This document shows positions 55,490-64,000 of a stretch of 64,000 bases of DNA, one piece after another. This stretch comes from Anaeramoeba ignava BMAN. Its lineage: Eukaryota; Protista; Anaeramoebae. The number at the start of each line of letters is the position of its first letter. Position 1 is the first letter of the stretch. The position numbers were made by a program, and so were the translations under genes. The notes beneath the pieces are model-generated. The model worked only from the letters and a program-made list of their open reading frames with translations, was not told the origin of the DNA and did no database searches. The stretch is from positions 248,001-312,000 of the forward strand of contig JAPDFW010000078.1 of the NCBI GenBank assembly GCA_028826165.1, given 5' to 3'.

Positions 55490-58400
55490 TTATTTGATTT
55501 TAATATCATTATCAAATAAAACAGGTTCATCATCAGAAGTATTATCATTAGGAACTCTTCTTCTTGTTAAATCTTGTTTTTGGTCATTTTCTTGAGGTTT
55601 AATAACTTCAATTGTTTGTTCATCTTTTTGTGTTTCATTAATTTGAGATTGATAAAAATCTTTTTTATTTCGGTAATATTTTTTAATAAAGAAATATCCA
55701 ATAATTGCCAAAGGAATAGAGATTAAGTAATTAACCAAGAGAGAAACTTTACAATTTTTGATTAAAGTCTGTCAAGTATTTGGAAAAATTTTTTTTTCAA
55801 AAATGAGAAATTCAAGTTTAAGGAAATTTTTTTTTAAAAAAAAATGAAATAGTACAAGATAGGAAAGAAGGAAATGTGAAGCAAGTGATAAAGTTATTGC
55901 AAAAATGTATATAATTTTTTTGTTCTCTTTTTTGTTTTTGAGTGATTTAAAACTAATAAAAATTATAATTGTCCAAAGAATATTCAGAATTCCGAAATTG
56001 TGTGCAAGTAATGCATTTACTATGAATAAACTTATTTTTGGACATTCGCTTGTAAAAAGTGATCCAGGTCCTGTGCTATGTGTCATTACGCTTCCATACA
56101 TAACCAAAACATATGCGAATGAATATCCAACTCCGCATGCTTTATTTATAATTTTAATTATTTTATTTATTTTATTTTATTTATAATTTTAATTATTTTA
56201 TTTATGATTTTAATTATAATTTTATTTATAATTTAATTTATAATTTAATTTATAATTTAATTTATAATTTAATTTATAATTTAATTTATATTTATTTATT
56301 TATAATTTAATTTATAATTTAATTTATAATTTTATTTATAAATTTATTTATAATTTAATTTATAATTTAATTTATAATTTTATTTATAAATTTATTTATA
56401 ATTTTATTTATAAATTTATTTATAATTTTATTTATAAATTTATTTATAATTTTAATTATATTTTAATTTATAATTTTATTTATAATTTTATTTATAATTT
56501 TATTTATAATTTAATTTATAATTTTATTTATAATTTTATTTATAATTTAATTTATAATTTAATTTATAATTTAATTTATAATTTTATTTATAATTTAATT
56601 TATAATTTAATTTATAATTTAATTTATAATTTTATTTATAATTTAATTTATAATTTTATTTATAATTTAATTTATATTTTATTTATAATTTTATTTATAA
56701 TTTTATTTATAATTTTATTTATATTTTAATTTATAATTTTTATTTATAATTTTATTTATAATTTTAATTATTTTTATTTATGATTTTAATTTATAATTTT
56801 ATTTATTATTTTATTTATAATTTTATTTATAATTTTATTTATAATTTAATTTATAATTTTATTTATAATTTAATTTATAATTTAATTTATAATTTAATTT
56901 ATAATTTAATTTATAATCTTATTTATAATTTTATTTTATATTTTTATTTATAATTTTATTTATAATTTTATTTATAATTATATTTATAATTTTATTTATA
57001 ATTATATTTATAATTTTATTTATAATTATATTTATAATTTTTATTTATAATTATATTTATAATTTTATTTATAATTATATTTATAATTTTATTTATAATT
57101 TTATTTATAATTTTATTTATAATTTTATTTATAATTATTTTATAATTTTTATTTATATTTTATTTATAATTTTTATTTATAATTTTATTTATAATTTTAT
57201 TTATAATTTTATTTATAATTTTATTTATAATTTAATTTATAATTTTATTTATAATTTTATTTATAATTTTATTTATAATTTTATTTATAATTTTATTTAT
57301 AATTTTATTTATAATTTTATTTATAATTTTATTTATAATTTTATTTATAATTTTATTTATAATTTTATTTATAATTTTATTTATAATTTTATTTATAATT
57401 TTATTTATAATTTAATTTATAATTTTAATTTATAATTTTAATTTATAATTTAATTTATAATTTAATTTATAATTTTATTTATAATTTAATTTATAATTTT
57501 ATTTATAATTTTATTTATAATTTTATTTATAATTTTATTTATAATTTTATTTATAATTTTAATTATAATTTTATTTATAATTTTATTTATAATTTTATTT
57601 ATAATTTTATTTATAATTTTATTTATAATTTTATTTATAATTTTATTTATAATTTTATTTATATAATTTAATTTATAATTTTAATTTATAATTTTTATTT
57701 ATAATTTTATTTATAATTTTATTTATAATTTTATTTTATAATTTAATTTATAATTTATTTTATAATTTAATTTTATAATTTAATTTTATAATTTAATTTA
57801 TAATTTAATTTATAATTTTATTTATAATTTAATTTATAATTTTATTTATAATTTTATTTATAATTTTTATTTATAATTTTATTTATATTTTAATTTATAA
57901 TTTTTATTTATATTTTAATTTATAATTTAATTTATAATTTTATTTATAATTTTATTTATAATTTTTATTTATAATTTTATTTATAATTTTATTTATAATT
58001 TTATTTTATAATTTTATTTATAATTTTAATTTATAATTTAATTTATAATTTAATTTATAATTTTATTTATAATTTAATTTATAATTTTATTTATAATTTT
58101 ATTTATAATTTTATTTATATTTTATTTATAATTTTTATTTATAATTTAATTTATAATTTTATTTATAATTTAATTAATGATTTTTAATTTATAATTTTAT
58201 TTATAATTTTATTTATAATTTTATTTATAATTTTATTTATAATTTAATTTATAATTTTATTTATTATTTTATTTATAATTTTATTTAATTTATAATTTTA
58301 TTTATAAATTTATTTATTTTATTATAATTTTATTTTATAATTTAATTTATAATTTTAATTTATAATTTTAATTTATAATTTTATTTATAATTTTATTTAT

Positions 58401-59878
58401 AATTTTATTTATAATTTTATTTATAATTTTATTTATAATTTTATTTATAATTTTATTTATAATTTTATTTATAATTTTATTTATAATTTTATTTATAATT
58501 TTAATTTATAATTTTATTTATAATTTTAAATTTTATATTTAATTTATAATTTTATTTATAATTTTATTTATAATTTTATTTATAATTTAATTTATAATTT
58601 AATTTATAATTTAATTTATAATTTAATTTATAATTTTATTTATAATTTTATTTATAATTTTAATTTATAATTTAATTTATAATTTATTTATAATTTTATT
58701 TATAATTTTATTTTAATTTTATTTATAATTTTATTTATAATTTTATTTATAATTTTTATTTATAATTTTATTTTAATTTTAATTTTAATTTATTTTATAA
58801 TTTTATTTTTATTTATAATTTTATTTATAATTTTATTTATAATTTTATTTATAATTTTAATTTATAATTTTATTTATAATTTTATTTATAATTTTATTTA
58901 TAATTTTATTTATAATTTTAATTTATAATTTTAATTTATAATTTAATTTATAATTTTATTTATAATTTTTATTTATAATTTTATTTATAATTTTAATTTT
59001 TATAATTTTATAATTTAATTTATAATTTAATTTATAATTTTATTTATAATTTAATTTATAATTTTAATTTATAATTTAATTTATAATTTTATTTATAATT
59101 TTATTTATAATTTAATTTATAATTTAATTTATAATTTAATTTATATTTTATTTATAATTTTATTTATAATTTTATTTATAATTTTAATTTTATTTATAAT
59201 TTTATTTATATTTTATTTATAATTTAATTTATAATTTAATTTATAATTTTATTTATAATTTTATTTATAATTTTATTTATAATTTAATTTATAATTTTAT
59301 TTATAATTTAATTTATAATTTTATTTATAATTTAATTTATAATTTAATTTATAATTTTATTTATAATTTTATTTATAATTTAATTTATAATTTAATTTAT
59401 AATTTTATTTATAAATGCTTTAAAATTGAATAGAGCAATTAGCCTCCATAAATAAATTACCCAAACTTCCTTTCAAATAACTTTTTTCAGTTTCCAAAGT
59501 TTGTTTTGTTGCAAAACGATAAATATTAGCTTCTAATTTACTATTTTAGAAGAAAAAAAAACAAAACAAAACAAAATTAAATTAAAAATTTAAATTAAAA
59601 TTAAAAAAAAAAAGAAATTACATAAAAATTTTATATAAAAGTAAACGAACACCTTCTTGAGCAACAATACTTATTGCAATTGACCAAGCATTTTCATCTT
59701 GAAGCGGTTTTACTATTTTCCAAAGTATAGAAGCTATAAAAATTGAAAGAAGCCAAAAAAAAGCACCTGCTAACATTATAATTAATAATTTGGCTTCTTT
59801 GTAAATAACAAAAATAAACAATGCAATTATTGGTGAAAAAGCAACAAATAAACATCCAAAAAAAAGAACCAAAGTCAT
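55490..59878 (-). CDS. APH1: Gamma-secretase subunit APH-1
   Basis: MTLVLFFGCLFVAFSP, IIMLAGAFFWLLS, QEGVR, ACGVGYSF...GPGSL, LASHFLLSYL; four exons with a 3.3-kb intron 56140-59460. Confidence 0.88.
56145..59410. repeat. Intronic 12-bp satellite TTTATAATTT(T/A)A
   Basis: Fills the APH1 intron. Confidence 0.9.
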
Positions 59879-60226
59879 TGATTATTTAAAAAAAAAGAGG
59901 AATGAAGAAAAAAAAGAAGAAAAAAAATGAAAAAAAAAATGGAGAAAAAAATAAAATAAAAAGGAGAAAATAATTTTTTATAATTATTAATAATTTTTTT
60001 AAAATATTTACTAATTTAACGAAAAAAAAAGAAAAAAAAATAAAATAAAAATAAATAAACAAAAAATTTTTTTCTTTTTTTTTAATTTTTAAGAAATCAT
60101 TTTTTTTTCCAATTTCTTTTCCTCTTTTAAAAATTTCAATCAAAATATTTAAACAAACAAAAAAAGCAAAAAGAAATTAAATTACAAAAAAAAAAGAAAA
60201 AAAATTACAAACAAAAATAAATTAAA

Positions 60227-63094
60227 ATGGTTGAATTAAAGCATATTTTTTCACCTTTTGTCATTTTAACAATTGTTTTTGAAATTGTGATGATGATAAT
60301 ATATGGAACATGGATTGAATATGACACAGAATACACACCAGGAGAAACAGAAGATCCACAAGTAGCAAACACTTATAAATTTTATTCAGACGTTGCTGTC
60401 ATGATTTTAATTGGTTTTGGTTATTTGATGACTTTCTTGAAGAAATACGGTTATTCTGCTGCTGGTTTTACTTTCTTTATTTCTTGTCTTACTTTTCAAT
60501 GGGCTATCGTTACTAACGCTTTCTTCCACCAGGTTTATACTTCTTTCGGTAAATTCGCTATTGAAATTCCAAGTATTGTAGAAGGAATGTATGCTACTGC
60601 TGCTGTTCTTATTACTTTCGGGTATTTTTTCCTTTTCTTTTTTTTTTTGTTCTTTTTTTTCCTTTTTTATTTAATTTCAATTTTAATTTTAATTTAATTA
60701 TAATTTTAATTTTATTTATAATTTTAATTTTAATTTTAATTTTAATTTTATTTATATTTTAATTTTAATTTTAATTTCCAAAATGAATTTTAATTTTAAT
60801 TTTAATTTTAATTTTAATTTTAATTATAATTTTAATTTTAATTTTAATTTTAATTTAATTATAATTTTAATTTTAATTTTAATTATAATTTTAATTTTAA
60901 TTTCAATTTTAATTTTATTTATATTTTTAATATTAATTTTAATTTTCAAAATGAATTTTATTTATAATTATAATTTTAATTTTATTTATAATTTTAATTT
61001 TAAAATTTTTAATTTTAATTATAATTTTATTTTTTAATTTTAATTTTAATTTTAATTTTAATTTTTAATTTTTAATTTTAATTTTAATTTTAATTTTAAA
61101 AATTTGAATTTTGAGAATTTTAATTTTATTTATAATTATAATTTTAATTTTAATTTTAATTTTATTTATAATTTTAATTTTAATTTTAATTTTAATTTTA
61201 ATTTCAATTTTAATTTTCAAAATGAATTTTAATTTTAATTTTAATTTTAATTTTAATTATAATTTTAATTTCCAAAATGAATTTTAATTTAAATTTTCAA
61301 AATGAATTTTAATTTAAATTTTCAAAATGAATTTTAATTTCCAAAATGAATTTAAATTTTCAAAATGAATTTTAATTTCCAAAATGAATTTTAATTTCCA
61401 AAATGAATTTTAATTTCTATAGAGCTATATTAGGGAAAACAACACCACTTCAACTTATAATAGTAGCATTTTTCGAAATGATATTTTATTCACTCAATAT
61501 TTACGTGAACATTTACCAACTTAAAGCAATCGACGTTGGAGGATCTATGATTATTCATGCATTCGGAGCATTTTTTGGAATTTCACTAACTCGAGTTTTA
61601 ACATCAAAACTTCAGACAAAATCACATAATGATTCAGGCTCAGTTTACACTTCAGATATTTTCTCTTTGATAGGAACAATTTGGTTGTGGCTTTATTGGC
61701 CTAGTTTTAATGGTGCTTTGGCCATGCCTGGAGCTCAATTCAGAGCCTTCATGAATACTTTCTTATCTTTAACTGCCTCTGTTTTGACTACTTTCTTCGT
61801 GTCTCATATTTTGCGTGGTGGCAAATTTGATATGGTTGATATTCAAAATGCTACTTTGGCTGGTGGTGTTGCTGTTGGAACAACGTATGATTATTTTTAA
61901 AATATTTATAATAATATTTAAAATAATATTTAAAAACATGAAAAGATAATATTTATAATTATTTTTTATTAAAAAAAAAATTCTAACTTTTTTTATTCTT
62001 TTAGTGCTGATCTTTTTATTTATCCTGTTGGTGCTTTATCTTGTGGTGTTGCTGGTGGTTTAGTTTCTACTTTAGGTTTTGCTTATTTCGCACCAAAAAT
62101 TGAAAAATTCTTTGGAGTTCAAGATACTTGTGGAGTTCAATTGTAAAAAATATTCAAAAACATGAAAAGAAAATATTCAAAAACATTTAAAATAATATTT
62201 AAAATAATATTTAAAATAATATTTAAAATAATATTTAAAAATATTCAAAATAATATTTAAAATAATATTTAAAATAATATTTAAAATAATATTTAAAATA
62301 ATATTTAAAATAATATTTAAAATAATATTTAAAAAAATATTTATAAAAATATTTAAAATATTATTTATAATAATATTTAAAATAATATTTAAAATAATAT
62401 TTAAAATAATATTTAAAATAATATTCAAAAAATATTTAAAATAATATTTATAATAATATTTAAAAAAATATTTAAAATATTATTTATAATAATATTTAAA
62501 ATAATATTAAAATAATATCCAAAAAATATTTATAAAAATATTTATAAAAACATGAAAAGAAAATAATTAAAATAATATCCAAAATAATATCCAAAATAAT
62601 ATTTAAAATATTTATAAAAAAAATATTTATAAAAATTATATTTAAAATATTTATAAAAATAATATTTATAAAAATATTTATAAAAATATTTAAAATATTT
62701 ATAAAAATATTCAAAAAAAAAAAAAAGCCTTCACGGATGGCCTGGAATCGTTGGAGGTCTCGCAGGAGTAATCGCAACAAAAATTGCTAATGAACACCCA
62801 TCAAGATATTTAGCAGAAAGAAGTTTCCACGCATTCTTCCACAGAGGAGGAGATCAACCCGAAATTCAATTAGCAGCACTTGGAATAACACTCGGTATCG
62901 CAATCTTTGGTGGATTGTTTACTGGTTTCATTTTGAAATTAGGAACACAAAATGCTTTGAATCCATTTAATGACTCCGAATTTTGGGAAGTTCCTCAAGA
63001 ATTCGGTAAAGAACCTCAACAAGACTCTTTCCCTGATCCCTCTGATTCTAAATGGGTTGATTATAATCCTTCTGATGGTGAGCAAATGATTTAA
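60227..63094 (+). CDS. Rhesus (Rh)-type ammonium/CO2 channel
   Basis: Exons ~60227-60621, 61423-61884, 62005-62142, 62728-63094. DVAVMILIGFGYLMTFLKKYGYS, GAILGK, DVGGSMIIHAFGAFFG, LWLYWPSFN, DIQNATLAGGVAVG, DTCGV..LHGWPG; twin-His retained. Confidence 0.92.
62180..62715. repeat. Intronic 12-bp satellite AAAATAATATTT (the first Rh intron 60680-61420 is TTTTAA-rich)
   Basis: Directly visible. Confidence 0.85.
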
Positions 63095-63269
63095 TTTCTA
63101 TCTTTTACATTTATTTTCCAAGTTTAATCTTAATCCACTTTTTTTTTTTTTTTTACTTTCTTTTTTTTACTTTTGAACTTCTTTTTTTCTCTTTTTTTTT
63201 GTCTTTCTTTTTGAATTCTCAAAAAAAAAAATTAATTCAATTTTTTTAATTCAATTTTTTTTAATTTTT

Positions 63270-64000
63270 TTAATTTAAAATTAAATCAATTATTGAATTT
63301 TGATTTAATTGATAATAATCTTTTAAATCTTCAAATTCTTCAAGTATTTGTTGTGAAATTGGATCTTTTCTAAATGTATCATGATAAAGAAAATAAACGA
63401 ATTGTTTTATTGTATCATTTGATTTTTTTGAATAATCATGAACTTGATTTGATGAATCTTCAACACTTAGAAACATTCCTTTATATAAATCACTTCTTAT
63501 TATTAATATTAATTTATGAACTTTGATTTCTTCTTTAACAATTATTGTGAAATCTTTTGTTTCGTTTTGTTCATATAATTTTTCAAAATCTTTTAATATT
63601 CCTCTTCTTCCACTTTTTGTTTGAATCCATTCTCTTTCAATTCCAATTTCTTCAAATAATGTTGAAATCATTTCATTTTCTTTTTTTAATTTATCTTTTA
63701 CTGAGTTTTGGAAATTTTTCCATGTTTTTTCATATTTTTTAATTACATCCCAATCAAATGATTGTTTTTGTCTTTCATCCATTAAATCATTCTCTTTTTT
63801 CAATTCTTTCAGTTTTTCAAATTGAAGAATTAAATCATCATAATCAGTAAATCCACTATAAAGAAAATTTAAAGCAAATTGAACAACTTCTTTTGGTTTG
63901 TTTTTGCAAATGTTGATAAATTTTTGAAGAATTAATTGATCATTGTTTAATCTTGATAATAAAATGAGTTTGTGAACTTGGAATTTAAAAGAATCGTTTG
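63270..64000 (-). CDS. Tandem BTB/POZ protein, 5' partial (paralog of the 10046-10750 module)
   Basis: FQVHKLILLSRL...FALNFLYSG, then ETKDFTIIV..IKVHKLILIIRSDLYKGMFLSV.D.S.QVHDYS...FLYHD...DYYQLN. Confidence 0.85.
   Translation of the reverse strand, partial: NDSFKFQVHKLILLSRLNNDQLILQKFINICKNKPKEVVQFALNFLYSGFTDYDDLILQFEKLKELKKENDLMDERQKQSFDWDVIKKYEKTWKNFQNSVKDKLKKENEMISTLFEEIGIEREWIQTKSGRRGILKDFEKLYEQNETKDFTIIVKEEIKVHKLILIIRSDLYKGMFLSVEDSSNQVHDYSKKSNDTIKQFVYFLYHDTFRKDPISQQILEEFEDLKDYYQLNQNSIIDLILN

Overview
Very AT-rich, gene-dense eukaryotic DNA with GT-AG spliceosomal introns and a standard code (TAA/TAG/TGA act as stops). The style of the BTB proteins and the composition suggest an anaerobic protist such as an Anaeramoeba-like metamonad, but this is inference only. 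About 18 protein genes can be reconstructed by hand: LMBR1/LMBD1-like, PH-RhoGAP-SH3, Arp1/centractin, ankyrin-BTB, a large helical protein, phospholipase B-like, TARBP1/Trm3, two TMEM144 copies, VPS15, two kinase-like/PARP-like fusions, SEC11, NTMT1, an NTF2 (G3BP-like) protein, APH1, an Rh ammonium channel and a partial BTB protein. Many genes have one intron inflated to 1-3.3 kb by a gene-specific AT satellite. The standout signal is in the ankyrin-BTB gene: three exons of exactly 96 nt are each followed by TWO consecutive single-codon (3-nt) microexons (GAA,GAT / AAA,ATG / AAA,CAT), which supply the two variable beta-hairpin residues of each ankyrin repeat. Other notable items are tandem pseudokinase-pseudoPARP genes, a RhoGAP lacking its arginine finger, an NTMT1 whose N-terminus matches its own substrate motif, a higher-order satellite in a divergent intergenic region, and a small TIR-bounded element. 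Numerous 1-nt frameshifts in homopolymers are most likely assembly errors.
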